This document shows positions 48,162 to 57,886 of a stretch of 62,632 nt of DNA, in pieces. Position numbers and translations under genes: made by a program. Each line of letters opens with the position of its first letter. Position 1 is the stretch's first letter. The notes beneath the pieces are model-generated. The model searched no databases. It had not been told where the DNA came from and saw only the letters and a program-made list of their open reading frames with translations. This DNA is from an uncultured Bacilli bacterium (GTDB taxonomy: Bacteria > Bacillota_I > Bacilli_A > RF39 > UBA660), in assembly GCA_947628365.1 (NCBI GenBank), contig CANQZN010000001.1, positions 1-62,632 of the forward strand. Reading direction: 5' to 3'.

Positions 48162-48452
48162 ATGAAAGCTAAAAAGAGTAAAAAGGAAAGAAAAAGATTA
48201 TTTCTTATTACTACGACAATTTTAACATTGTTAGTTGTTTTAGTTGGAAGCGTTTATAATGATTGGAAACAAATACTTAAAAATAGAAAAGCTGAAGTTG
48301 AACTTTCCAGTGAGTATGAAAATTTGCTTGCTGATGAAGATAAATTAAATGCTGAAATCACTAAATTAGGTGATGATGAATATTTAGCAAGAATAGCCAA
48401 AGAAAAATATATGTTATCAAGTGAAGGAGATACTATAATTAAATGGAATTAA
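48162..48452 (+). CDS. divIC: Septum formation initiator (DivIC/FtsB family)
   Basis: Basic N-terminus, a single TM, then a coiled coil. Located after yabQ. Confidence 0.65.
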   Translation: MKAKKSKKERKRLFLITTTILTLLVVLVGSVYNDWKQILKNRKAEVELSSEYENLLADEDKLNAEITKLGDDEYLARIAKEKYMLSSEGDTIIKWN

Positions 48453-48470
48453 AAATAACAGCGAACACTG

Positions 48471-49043
48471 TTATTTTATTATTTCATCAATTAACCCATA
48501 ATTTAAGGCATCAATTGGGTCCATAAAGTTATCTCTTTCTGTATCATTTTCAATTTGCTTTAAATCTTTATTAGTAACTTCAGATAAAATACGATTTAAT
48601 TTATCTTTAATCTTTAAAATTCGCTCGGCGGCAATTTTAATATCAGTGGCTTGACCTTGGGTTCCCCCTAAAGGTTGATGGATCATAATTTCACTATTAG
48701 GAAGACTGCATCTTTTACCCTTTGTCCCATTTGCTAAAAGAAATGCGCCCATCGATGCAGCAAGACCGATACAAATAGTTTTGACATCACTTTTAATATA
48801 ATTCATTGTATCATAAATAGCCATCCCACTGGTAATTGAACCACCAGGAGAATTAATATATAAATAAATTTCATCATGATTTAAACTATCAAGATATAAA
48901 AGTTCAGATACAATAATACTAGCCATACTATCATTAATTTCCCCATTTAAAAAGACAATCCGATCATTTAACAAACGAGAATATAAATCATATGCATATT
49001 CTTTATTACTACTCTTTTCAATAACTGTTGGAATTATGTTCAT
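48471..49043 (-). CDS. clpP: ATP-dependent Clp protease proteolytic subunit
   Basis: [11 protein letters not shown] (active-site Ser), MIHQPLGG, and the ERD motif. Confidence 0.95.
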   Translation of the reverse strand: MNIIPTVIEKSSNKEYAYDLYSRLLNDRIVFLNGEINDSMASIIVSELLYLDSLNHDEIYLYINSPGGSITSGMAIYDTMNYIKSDVKTICIGLAASMGAFLLANGTKGKRCSLPNSEIMIHQPLGGTQGQATDIKIAAERILKIKDKLNRILSEVTNKDLKQIENDTERDNFMDPIDALNYGLIDEIIK

Positions 49044-49138
49044 TTTTTCACCTATAATTATAATATAAAAAAAGATAACTTTTTATTCAAAAAAAAGATA
49101 AATTATGTTACAATTACTTATAGTAAAGGGTTGGCATT

Positions 49139-50782
49139 ATGGATAATATTACAATTACAAAAGATGGCATAAAAAAAGAATTTCCTAAAGGTACACAATT
49201 TCATGAAATATGTTCTGCATTTGGTATCAATAAAAATGTTTTAGGAGTTAAAATAAATAATGAAGTATTATCTTTATTTGATCATGCAAGAGAAGATGCC
49301 GAAATAACTTATATCGATTTAAATGATATTATAGGTAATAAAATATATAAAAGTGGTTTGGAATTTATCTTTGAAGTTTCCCTAAAAGAAGTTTTCCCAG
49401 AGTTAGAAATTACTTATCAACATAGTGTTCCTAAGGGCGTTTTAGGGGAAGTAATAGGTAATAAAATGTTGACTCAAGAAGATTTAACTAAAGTAAAAAA
49501 TGCAATGGCTAAAATGATTTCAGAAGATATACCCCTAAAGAAATTAACTATTAAGAAAAAAGATGCAATTGATTTTTTTAAGAAAAACAAACAAGAAGAA
49601 AAAGCTCAAAATGTTCAAAGTATTCCCGATATAGTAGTTAGTCTATATGAATTAAAAGGAAACTATAATTATTTTTATTCTGATATGCCATATTCTACTG
49701 GTAGTATTACTGATTATGATATTGTTTATTTAGGAAGAAATAGAATAGTATTTGTTATTCCAAGTAAAATAACTGGTGGAGTATTACCTGAATATGTCCA
49801 TTATGATAATATAATAAATTCATTTTTAATGGGTAAGAATTGGCTAGAAACATTAAATATGCAATATGTTACTTCCATTAATAACACTATTGGTAATGGT
49901 AGTATAAAAGATTTTATTAATTCTTGTGAATTATTATTTAATTTAAATATAGCAAAAGTTGCTAAAGAAATTAGTAATGATCGATCTGTTAAATTTGTTT
50001 TAATCGCGGGTCCGTCTTCTAGTGGTAAGACAACAACCTCAAAAAGATTAGCATCTTATTTAAGATTAGAGGGGTATGAGATTATTAGACTTTCCTTAGA
50101 TGACTATTTTGTAAATAGAGAAGATACTCCCAAAAATGAAGATGGTGAATATGACTTTGAATGTTTAACCGCCATAGATTTGAAATTATTTAATGAAACA
50201 TTATATAAACTTTTAAATCATGAAAAGGTTAGTGTACCAACATACAATTTTGTATCAGGTAAAAGAGAATATAATAATAACTATATTGAACTTAAAGAAA
50301 ATAGTATTATTGTTATTGAAGGCTTACATGCCTTAAATGATGAATTATTACCGGGAATTGATCCAAAATATAAATATAAAATATATTTAAGTCCATTTAT
50401 TCCCCTTAATATTGATAGACATAATTATATTTCAACAATAGATTTAAGATTAATAAGGAGAATTATTAGGGATAATAGAACTAGAGATAATGATGTAAGT
50501 ACAACAATTGGTGAGTGGCAAATAGTTCGTAATGGCGAAGAAAAATATATTTTCCCATATATTCACCAAGCAGATACAATTATAAATACGGCACTCCCTT
50601 ATGAAGTAGGAGTAGAAAAAGTTTATATTGAACCACTTTTGCGCTCTATTGGTGTTGAAAGTGAGTATTATACGGAAGCAAGAAGGCTACTTGATTTTTT
50701 AAAAGTATTTTACCCAATACCGGGAGAATATGTTAATAAAGATTCAATTTTAAGAGAGTTTATAGGAGGAAATTATGATTAA
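49139..50782 (+). CDS. Uridine/nucleoside kinase-family P-loop protein with a long N-terminal extra domain
   Basis: Walker A AGPSSSGKTTTSKRL and a uridine-kinase-like C-terminal half. The N-terminal ~270 aa are unassigned. Confidence 0.55.
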   Translation: MDNITITKDGIKKEFPKGTQFHEICSAFGINKNVLGVKINNEVLSLFDHAREDAEITYIDLNDIIGNKIYKSGLEFIFEVSLKEVFPELEITYQHSVPKGVLGEVIGNKMLTQEDLTKVKNAMAKMISEDIPLKKLTIKKKDAIDFFKKNKQEEKAQNVQSIPDIVVSLYELKGNYNYFYSDMPYSTGSITDYDIVYLGRNRIVFVIPSKITGGVLPEYVHYDNIINSFLMGKNWLETLNMQYVTSINNTIGNGSIKDFINSCELLFNLNIAKVAKEISNDRSVKFVLIAGPSSSGKTTTSKRLASYLRLEGYEIIRLSLDDYFVNREDTPKNEDGEYDFECLTAIDLKLFNETLYKLLNHEKVSVPTYNFVSGKREYNNNYIELKENSIIVIEGLHALNDELLPGIDPKYKYKIYLSPFIPLNIDRHNYISTIDLRLIRRIIRDNRTRDNDVSTTIGEWQIVRNGEEKYIFPYIHQADTIINTALPYEVGVEKVYIEPLLRSIGVESEYYTEARRLLDFLKVFYPIPGEYVNKDSILREFIGGNYD

Positions 50783-51779
50783 AGTTGCAATTAATGGTTT
50801 TGGAAGAATAGGAAGAATAGCTTTTAGGGAAATGATTACAAGTACTGATTTTGATATTGTTGCAATAAATGATTTATCAAATGCAGAAGAGTTATGTCAT
50901 TTACTTAAATATGATACAGTACATCGGACATTTCATGAAGATGAAATAACATTCAAAGATGATAATATAGTAATCGCAGGAACAAAAAGCATTAAGGTTT
51001 TTGCAGAGAAAGATCCAGTTAACTTGCCTTGGAAAGAATTAAATGTTGATTTAGTTTTAGAATGTACTGGTGTATTTACTAAAGCGGAAGATGCTTATAA
51101 ACATATTGAAGCAGGAGCTAAAAAAGTTTTGATTTCTGCACCTGGTAAGGGAGAGATGAAAACAATAGTCTATGGTGTTAATGATAATATCTTAGATGGT
51201 AGTGAAAAAATAGTATCTGCAGCTAGTTGTACAACTAATTGTCTTGCACCTGTTTTGAAATTAATTAATGATAATTATGGTATTGAAAAAGGCTTTATGA
51301 CTACTGTTCATGCTTTTACTAATGATCAAGAAACATTAGATATTGCTCATAAAAAAGGAATTTATGCTAGAAGAGGTAGAGCCGCTAGTCAGAATATTAT
51401 TCCGGCTTCTACTGGGGCTGCATCTGCGATTGGTTTAGTTATTCCCGATTTAAATGGCAAAATGGATGGAATTGCATATCGTGTTCCAGTTGCTGATGGT
51501 TCTTTAATTGATGTTACTTTAGAACTTAAGAATACACCAAGTAAAGAAGATATCAATAATTTATTTTTAAATAATCAATCTGATACAATTAAAATTACTA
51601 ATGCTCCAATTGTCTCAAGTGATATCATTGGTAAAAAAGTAGGTTCCTTAGTAGATGGTTTACTTACTAATATGGTTGATGTGAATGGTAAAAGGTTATA
51701 TAAAATAGTAGCATGGTATGACAATGAACTTGGTTATACTTGTCAAATGCTAAGAACTGCTAAAGCTATGTTTAAATAA
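50775..51779 (+). CDS. gap: Glyceraldehyde-3-phosphate dehydrogenase
   Basis: INGFGRIGR, SCTTNCLAP, WYDNE. Confidence 0.95.
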   Translation: MIKVAINGFGRIGRIAFREMITSTDFDIVAINDLSNAEELCHLLKYDTVHRTFHEDEITFKDDNIVIAGTKSIKVFAEKDPVNLPWKELNVDLVLECTGVFTKAEDAYKHIEAGAKKVLISAPGKGEMKTIVYGVNDNILDGSEKIVSAASCTTNCLAPVLKLINDNYGIEKGFMTTVHAFTNDQETLDIAHKKGIYARRGRAASQNIIPASTGAASAIGLVIPDLNGKMDGIAYRVPVADGSLIDVTLELKNTPSKEDINNLFLNNQSDTIKITNAPIVSSDIIGKKVGSLVDGLLTNMVDVNGKRLYKIVAWYDNELGYTCQMLRTAKAMFK

Positions 51780-51780
51780 A

Positions 51781-51806
51781 ATGTTGGAAATTTTTCAACA
51801 TTTTTT
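51781..51806 (+). terminator. gap intrinsic terminator
   Basis: ATGTTGGAAA / TTTTCAACAT stem followed by a T-run. Confidence 0.6.
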
Positions 51807-51850
51807 CTTTTACTAAAAATAAACTATGGTACAATTATAATGGTGATATT

Positions 51851-53005
51851 ATGAAATATTTAAGTGATACAAAAATAAGTGAAAAGAAAGTTTTATTAAG
51901 ATGCGATTTTAATGTCCCAGTTAAGGACGGCAAAATAATCGATGATAGTAAAATAGTTAAGAGTTTAGATACCATTAATTATTTATTAAATAATGAAAAT
52001 ACTGTTATTATTTTAAGTCATTTTGGCAGGGTTAAATCAGAAGATGATAAAAAGAATAATAGTTTAAAAGTGGTATATGAAGAGTTAAAAAAATATATAG
52101 ATTTAGAATTTATTCAAAATCCTTTAGATCTTTCTGTTATAAAAAGTTCTTCTAAAAAATGTTTTTTAGTTGAAAATACTAGATTTACTGATGTACCAGA
52201 AAAAAAGGAAAGTGCAAATGATTTAGAACTTGCTAAATATTGGGCTAGTTTTGCAGATATATTTGTTATAGATGCTTTTGCCTCTCTTCATAGAGCTCAT
52301 ACTTCAACTTCTGGTTTAAGTAATTATCTTCCTACTTATTTAGGCTTCTTAATAGAAAGGGAACTTACTAACTTAGAAAGTCTTATTAATATTCAAGAAA
52401 GGCCATTTTTGGTAATTATGGGTGGAGCTAAAGTTGATGATAAAATTGGTATTATGAAATCTTTATTACAAAAATGTGATAAATTAGTAATAACTGGTGG
52501 AATACTTAATACATTTCTAAAAGTAAAGGGCCATAATATTGGTAATAGTTTAGTTAGTAATGATGAGGCAGTCTTAAATGATGTTAAAGAAATATTAAGT
52601 AATTATCAAGATAAAATTCTCTATAGTGATAAATTTGTGGTAGCAAGAGGTAATGGTGTTAAAGAAGTAAAATTAGAAGAAATAGAAGATACTGATATTA
52701 TTTATGATAATATAGTAGATTTACCAAATCTTATTAATGATTATAAATTAGTCTTTTTAAATGGTACTTGTGGTAAATATGAGGATAATGTGTTTGCTAA
52801 AGGGACAAAGAATTTGTTTGAACATCTAAAAAAAAGCCATACCAAAGTTTATATCGGTGGTGGTGATAGTGCTTCCGCAGTAATTAACTTAAAATATGAT
52901 CAAGATTTTGAGTATATATCAAGTGGTGGAGGTGCTACTTTAGAGTATGTCGCATATGGAAAGTTAAAGGCTTTAGAATATATCAAAAATATACAAAAAG
53001 ATTAA
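51851..53005 (+). CDS. pgk: Phosphoglycerate kinase
   Basis: KVLLRCDFNVP, GGAKVDDKI, IGGGDSA, SSGGGATLEY. Confidence 0.9.
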   Translation: MKYLSDTKISEKKVLLRCDFNVPVKDGKIIDDSKIVKSLDTINYLLNNENTVIILSHFGRVKSEDDKKNNSLKVVYEELKKYIDLEFIQNPLDLSVIKSSSKKCFLVENTRFTDVPEKKESANDLELAKYWASFADIFVIDAFASLHRAHTSTSGLSNYLPTYLGFLIERELTNLESLINIQERPFLVIMGGAKVDDKIGIMKSLLQKCDKLVITGGILNTFLKVKGHNIGNSLVSNDEAVLNDVKEILSNYQDKILYSDKFVVARGNGVKEVKLEEIEDTDIIYDNIVDLPNLINDYKLVFLNGTCGKYEDNVFAKGTKNLFEHLKKSHTKVYIGGGDSASAVINLKYDQDFEYISSGGGATLEYVAYGKLKALEYIKNIQKD

Positions 53006-53029
53006 AAAATTATTATCTCTTCAACATAA

Positions 53030-53090
53030 TTCGACAAAGCTTTACACACATTGACAAAACTTGTCAAATCTTTCTCTAGATTTTTGTCAA
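53030..53090. promoter_or_regulatory. Cluster of Spo0A-box-like heptamers upstream of spo0A
   Basis: TTCGACA (53030-53036, exact complement of TGTCGAA). TTGACAA-AAC-TTGTCAA inverted pair (53051-53067). TTGTCAA (53084-53090). TATAAT at 53100-53105. Confidence 0.5.
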
Positions 53091-53141
53091 ATAATTGCTT
53101 ATAATGAATAAGCAAGCAGTACAATAGAATGAGGAGAGAAA

Positions 53142-53909
53142 ATGAAAAATAATATCAGAGTCTTGGTTCTTGATAGTAATGAATCATTAACTAAAGACAT
53201 TGAGAAGTATTTTAGTAGTCATGAAGTAATTAAAGTAGTAGCTTGTATTAATGATGGGGAAGAGGGATTAAGTTTTATCATAAATAATCCAGATAGTTTT
53301 GATGTTATATTGATGGATATAATATTACCTAACTTAGATGGTTTATTTATACTAAGTGAACTTGAGAAAAGAAGAATTCATAAAAATATTATTATCTCAA
53401 CAAATTTTAGAGATGAAAAAGTTTTAGCAGAGGCCAATTCTTTTGGCATAGATTATTATATGTTAAAACCACTAAACTTTATGAGTTTAGAAAGAAGATT
53501 AATGGCAATTAATTTAAAAACTAAAAATACTAACAAAAGTAATAAAGTATTTAATCAAGATGCCATTATTACTGATTTGTTACATAATTTAGGTATCCCA
53601 TCTCATGTTAGAGGATACCAATATATAAAAGAAGGTATATTAATAGTATATCGTAGCAATAACCAAATGGCTTATATTACTAAAGATGTTTATCCAGAAA
53701 TAGCAAGAAAATATGATACAACTGCAACTAGAGTTGAAAGAGCAATTAGACATGCAATAGAAATAAGTTGGAATAGAGGAGATATTAACTTAATGGAAAG
53801 TATCTTTGGCAATAGTTTAAATGTTAATAGAGATAAACCAACAAACTCTGAATATATCGTAACTTTAGCGGATAAGTTAAAAGTTGATAATAAGTTAGTA
53901 TTTAATTAG
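53142..53909 (+). CDS. spo0A: Sporulation master regulator Spo0A
   Basis: Receiver domain (VLVLD...MDIILPNLDG) plus the Spo0A-specific C-terminal domain (HVRGYQYIKEGI, TATRVERAIRHAIEISW). Confidence 0.93.
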   Translation: MKNNIRVLVLDSNESLTKDIEKYFSSHEVIKVVACINDGEEGLSFIINNPDSFDVILMDIILPNLDGLFILSELEKRRIHKNIIISTNFRDEKVLAEANSFGIDYYMLKPLNFMSLERRLMAINLKTKNTNKSNKVFNQDAIITDLLHNLGIPSHVRGYQYIKEGILIVYRSNNQMAYITKDVYPEIARKYDTTATRVERAIRHAIEISWNRGDINLMESIFGNSLNVNRDKPTNSEYIVTLADKLKVDNKLVFN

Positions 53910-53971
53910 TGCAAACAAAATGTGTTTGTACTTTTTTTTGAGTTGTGATATATTATGTTCAAGGTGAAACT

Positions 53972-55465
53972 ATGAAAAAGATATTGACAATAATATTGGA
54001 TGGTTTTGGATTAAGAGATGAAGAGCGAGGAAACGCTATTAAAGCTGCAGATATGAAATGCTTTAATAAGATATGGGAAGAATACCCTCACTCTGTTTTA
54101 ACGGCATCTGAAGAGGCAGTTGGTTTACACGAAGGCCAATTTGGCAATAGTGAAACTGGTCATATGACTATTGGAGCAGGTCGTTTAATTAAACAAAATG
54201 AAACTTTAGTCGATGAATTTTTAAAAAGCAATGTATTAGAAAATGAATTATTTGCTGATATGCTAACTTATAAAGATAAAGATTTTCATATTATGGGAGT
54301 ATGCAGTGATGGTAATGTTCATGCTGGTATTGATGATATCATAAATTTATATGAAATTTTAGTTAAAAATGGTATAAAAAAAATCCATTTTCATTTAATT
54401 ACTGATGGTAGAGATACTTATATGAAATCAGCATATAAATATATTTCCCAAATTGAAAGGGCTATTAAAGGGCATCATATTGGTAATATTGCAACTATAT
54501 GTGGTAGATATTATGCAATGGATCGTGATCATCATTATGACAGAACAAAAAGATATTATGACTTAGTAACTAGAGGTATAGGAATTAAAACAAATAATAT
54601 TAATAATACTATAGAGACTTTATATAATAAAGATATTACAGATGAATTTATGGAACCTTTAGTAGTGGATTCATCTTCTTCTATAAAAAATGGCGATATT
54701 TTAATATGGATGAATTATCGAGAAGATAGAGCTAAACAAATTTTAACTAGTTTTGTAAGTTCAGAATTTAGTGAATTTCCAATAATGAAAATGGATGACT
54801 TACAAGTTTATTCTTTTTTTCCAATAGATAAAGATATACCAACTAATCATTTTTTAAATGAACAAGTTATTAGTAATCCATTAGGTTTGTATTTTGAAAA
54901 GTTAGGTTTAACTCAAGCAAGAATTGCCGAAACTGAAAAATTTCCTCATGTTACATTTTTCTTTGATGGCGGTTATAATGGTAAAATAGCTAAATGTAAT
55001 CAATTTTTAATTCCGTCACCTGCAGTTGCAACATATGACTTAAAACCAGAAATGAGTGCAGTACAAGTAACTAAGAAATGTATTGAGTGTATGATGCAAG
55101 ATTATGATTTTATCTTAATGAATTATGCTAATCCGGATATGGTTGGTCACACTGGTAATTTTGATGCTGCCGTTCAAGCTTGTATGGCCGTTGACATCTG
55201 TTTAAATAAAGTCTTAGAAAAAGCGGAAGAAAATTTTTATAAAGTTATTGTTTTGGCAGATCATGGTAATGCTGATATTATGTTTGATGAAAATGGCAAT
55301 AAAGTAACAACGCATACTTTAAGTAAAGTTCCATTTATTATCCTAGATAAAAGTGTTAAATTAAAAGATAAAGGTGATTTAACTATGGTTGCTCCAACTA
55401 TCTTAGAGTATATGGATATAGCAATTCCAGAAGAAATGAAGGATACTGATATATTACTTAAATAG
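53972..55465 (+). CDS. gpmI: 2,3-bisphosphoglycerate-independent phosphoglycerate mutase
   Basis: ILDGFG, GNSETGHMTIGAGR, ANPDMVGHTG, ADHGNA. Start after AAGGTGA. Confidence 0.93.
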   Translation: MKKILTIILDGFGLRDEERGNAIKAADMKCFNKIWEEYPHSVLTASEEAVGLHEGQFGNSETGHMTIGAGRLIKQNETLVDEFLKSNVLENELFADMLTYKDKDFHIMGVCSDGNVHAGIDDIINLYEILVKNGIKKIHFHLITDGRDTYMKSAYKYISQIERAIKGHHIGNIATICGRYYAMDRDHHYDRTKRYYDLVTRGIGIKTNNINNTIETLYNKDITDEFMEPLVVDSSSSIKNGDILIWMNYREDRAKQILTSFVSSEFSEFPIMKMDDLQVYSFFPIDKDIPTNHFLNEQVISNPLGLYFEKLGLTQARIAETEKFPHVTFFFDGGYNGKIAKCNQFLIPSPAVATYDLKPEMSAVQVTKKCIECMMQDYDFILMNYANPDMVGHTGNFDAAVQACMAVDICLNKVLEKAEENFYKVIVLADHGNADIMFDENGNKVTTHTLSKVPFIILDKSVKLKDKGDLTMVAPTILEYMDIAIPEEMKDTDILLK

Positions 55466-55477
55466 AAGTAGGTTTAT

Positions 55478-56359
55478 ATGGAAGTAAAAAAACATATAAA
55501 TATAAGTGTTATTATTTTCATAACTTTACTATTATTAATAATGGGAGGTTATGTTTTCTTTAATATAAAAACGTTTGTTACCTATACGGAAACGAATGTA
55601 AAAAAAGAAGAAAATAAAAGTGAAGAAATGGATAATACAGAAAAATTATTAATAGAGTTAAAGAATACGCCTTATTATATTGAAAAAAGATGGGAAAGAT
55701 ACTTAAATTATTTAGAGAAATATCCAGATAAATCTTTAGAAGAGATAGTTAGATCAGTTAATGCTAATATTGACTATGAATTTTATCAACATGATATTGA
55801 TACAGATACAAGTGTTGGACCACTTATGTTAGTAAATAAATTTTATCATTTAACATCTGACTATAAACCTAAACTAGTCAAAATGACTGGTGAATATACG
55901 AAAGGCACTTCTTATTTTGAGGTAGAAGCTTATGAACATTTAAAAGATATGATAAATAATGCTAAAAATGATAATATTATTTTATATAATGTATCAAGTT
56001 ATCGTAGTTACGAAACACAAGAAAAACTTTATAATAATTATGTTAAAATGGATGGGGTAGAAAAAGCTGATAGATATTCTGCAAGAGCGGGTTATTCTGA
56101 GCATCAAACTGGTTATACAACTGATTTAAATACAGCTTCTTCTAGTGACCATTTTGAAAATTCTAAAGAATTTGCTTGGCTTAGTAATAATGCTTATAAA
56201 TATGGCTTTATTTTAAGATATCCTCAAGATAAAGAATATTTAACAGGGTATAAATTTGAACCATGGCATTATCGCTATGTTGGTATAGAAGCATCTGAAT
56301 ATATTTATAAACACAATATAACATTAGAAGAATACTATGCATATTTTGTAGAACAATAA
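55478..56359 (+). CDS. D-alanyl-D-alanine carboxypeptidase (peptidase M15B/VanY family), membrane-anchored
   Basis: N-terminal TM. SYRSYETQ, SEHQTG, and EPWHYRYVG motifs. Confidence 0.85.
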   Translation: MEVKKHINISVIIFITLLLLIMGGYVFFNIKTFVTYTETNVKKEENKSEEMDNTEKLLIELKNTPYYIEKRWERYLNYLEKYPDKSLEEIVRSVNANIDYEFYQHDIDTDTSVGPLMLVNKFYHLTSDYKPKLVKMTGEYTKGTSYFEVEAYEHLKDMINNAKNDNIILYNVSSYRSYETQEKLYNNYVKMDGVEKADRYSARAGYSEHQTGYTTDLNTASSSDHFENSKEFAWLSNNAYKYGFILRYPQDKEYLTGYKFEPWHYRYVGIEASEYIYKHNITLEEYYAYFVEQ

Positions 56360-56415
56360 ACTATTGTTAATTTTTTAGAAATATAGTATATTATTAAATA
56401 TAGGAGAAGTGGGAA

Positions 56416-57798
56416 ATGAATAATGGTGATGATATGAAAACTGAAGAATTTGCTAATATTTTGAATGAAGATAATAGCTCTAAACAAAAAGGAAGTAAAC
56501 CAATATTACTTTTAGTTATTGGTCTTTTATTAGTAGCGTTAATTGTGGTGGGAGTAAAAACATTCTTAAGAAAAGAAGAAGCAAAAACAGAGAATGTTTA
56601 TTATACAGCAATTGATAATTTAGCTGATAATATAGTTAAAGGCATTGATAAGGCTGACAAGATATATAATTCGCTTTATGGCTTAGAAGCCACTGCAAAA
56701 GTTAATTTAAGCTCTAGTAATGCTGAATACAAAGATATATTTGATATTATCAATAGCCTAGATATTAAATTTGATACACAATCAGATTATAAAAACAAAA
56801 AAATTAGTACTGATTATGAATTTCTTTATAATAGTAAACAACTAGTTAAAGGAAATCTTTATGTTAATAAAGATGGTGCATTTATTACTTTGGGTGATTT
56901 ATATGATAAAAATATTAAATTAGTTGATAATGGTAATGAAGTATTTAGTAAAATATGGCAATCAACAAATAATGAAAATATTAAAAAAGCAACTCAAGAA
57001 ATTGCTAAAATCTTAAAGAAAAGTTTAAAAGAAGAATACTTTTCAAGAGAAGAAGAAGAAATTGATGTTTTAGGTAAAAAGACCACTGTTTATAAACATA
57101 CATTAAAATTAGATAAAGAAAGATTAACAACATTAATTAATGATATAGTTGAAGGAATTAAAAATGATCAAGAATTATTAGATACTTTAGCTACTATGTT
57201 AGATATAAAGACATCAGAACTTACTGCAAACTTAGATCAATTAAAAGAACAAATGGAAATTGATGATGTTAATATAGAAATTAATACTTATGTTAATAAG
57301 AAGAATACTGATTTAGAAAAAGTAGAAATAAACGCAAGTGATACAATAGTTTTAAATAAAGTTGCAAAAGATAAATTTGAACTTTTAATGGGAAATGAAA
57401 AGCTAGCAGACTTAACTCTTAGTGATAAAGAAACTACTATTACAGTAAAAGATGATGAAGCAAAAAGTGAAATTACAATATCTATAAAAGATGATGATAT
57501 GAGCTTTAAAACAGTTTCTGAAACTTCAGAAATGAATGTTAATCTTACAACAAACAATAAAGAATCAAACTTAACAATTTCTATAGATGATAAAGAAAGT
57601 GATATTAAAGGTACAATAGAAATTACAACCAAAGAAAAAACTATTAAGGAATTTACCGATAGAAACGTTAAAGATTATGTAGATATCGCTGGCATAGATG
57701 AATATGAAAGTGAAAAGATAATGAATAATTTATATCAAAATAGTACATTTATGGAACTAGCTGGTAAAATTATGAGTATTACAGGAACAGAATCCTAA
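56416..57798 (+). CDS. Membrane-anchored hypothetical protein (paralogue of the next ORF)
   Basis: Short cytoplasmic tail, one TM, then an extracellular region that aligns with 57887-59674 (ENVYYTAIDNL vs ENIYYDMIDYV; LGDLYDKNIKL vs LNDLFDKIIKV). Confidence 0.6.
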   Translation: MNNGDDMKTEEFANILNEDNSSKQKGSKPILLLVIGLLLVALIVVGVKTFLRKEEAKTENVYYTAIDNLADNIVKGIDKADKIYNSLYGLEATAKVNLSSSNAEYKDIFDIINSLDIKFDTQSDYKNKKISTDYEFLYNSKQLVKGNLYVNKDGAFITLGDLYDKNIKLVDNGNEVFSKIWQSTNNENIKKATQEIAKILKKSLKEEYFSREEEEIDVLGKKTTVYKHTLKLDKERLTTLINDIVEGIKNDQELLDTLATMLDIKTSELTANLDQLKEQMEIDDVNIEINTYVNKKNTDLEKVEINASDTIVLNKVAKDKFELLMGNEKLADLTLSDKETTITVKDDEAKSEITISIKDDDMSFKTVSETSEMNVNLTTNNKESNLTISIDDKESDIKGTIEITTKEKTIKEFTDRNVKDYVDIAGIDEYESEKIMNNLYQNSTFMELAGKIMSITGTES

Positions 57799-57886
57799 TT
57801 ATAGGATTTTTTTCTTGGCATAAATAACTTGAGAATTTTATGGTTTTATATTATTATTATATAGTACAAAGGTTGTGTGATATATA

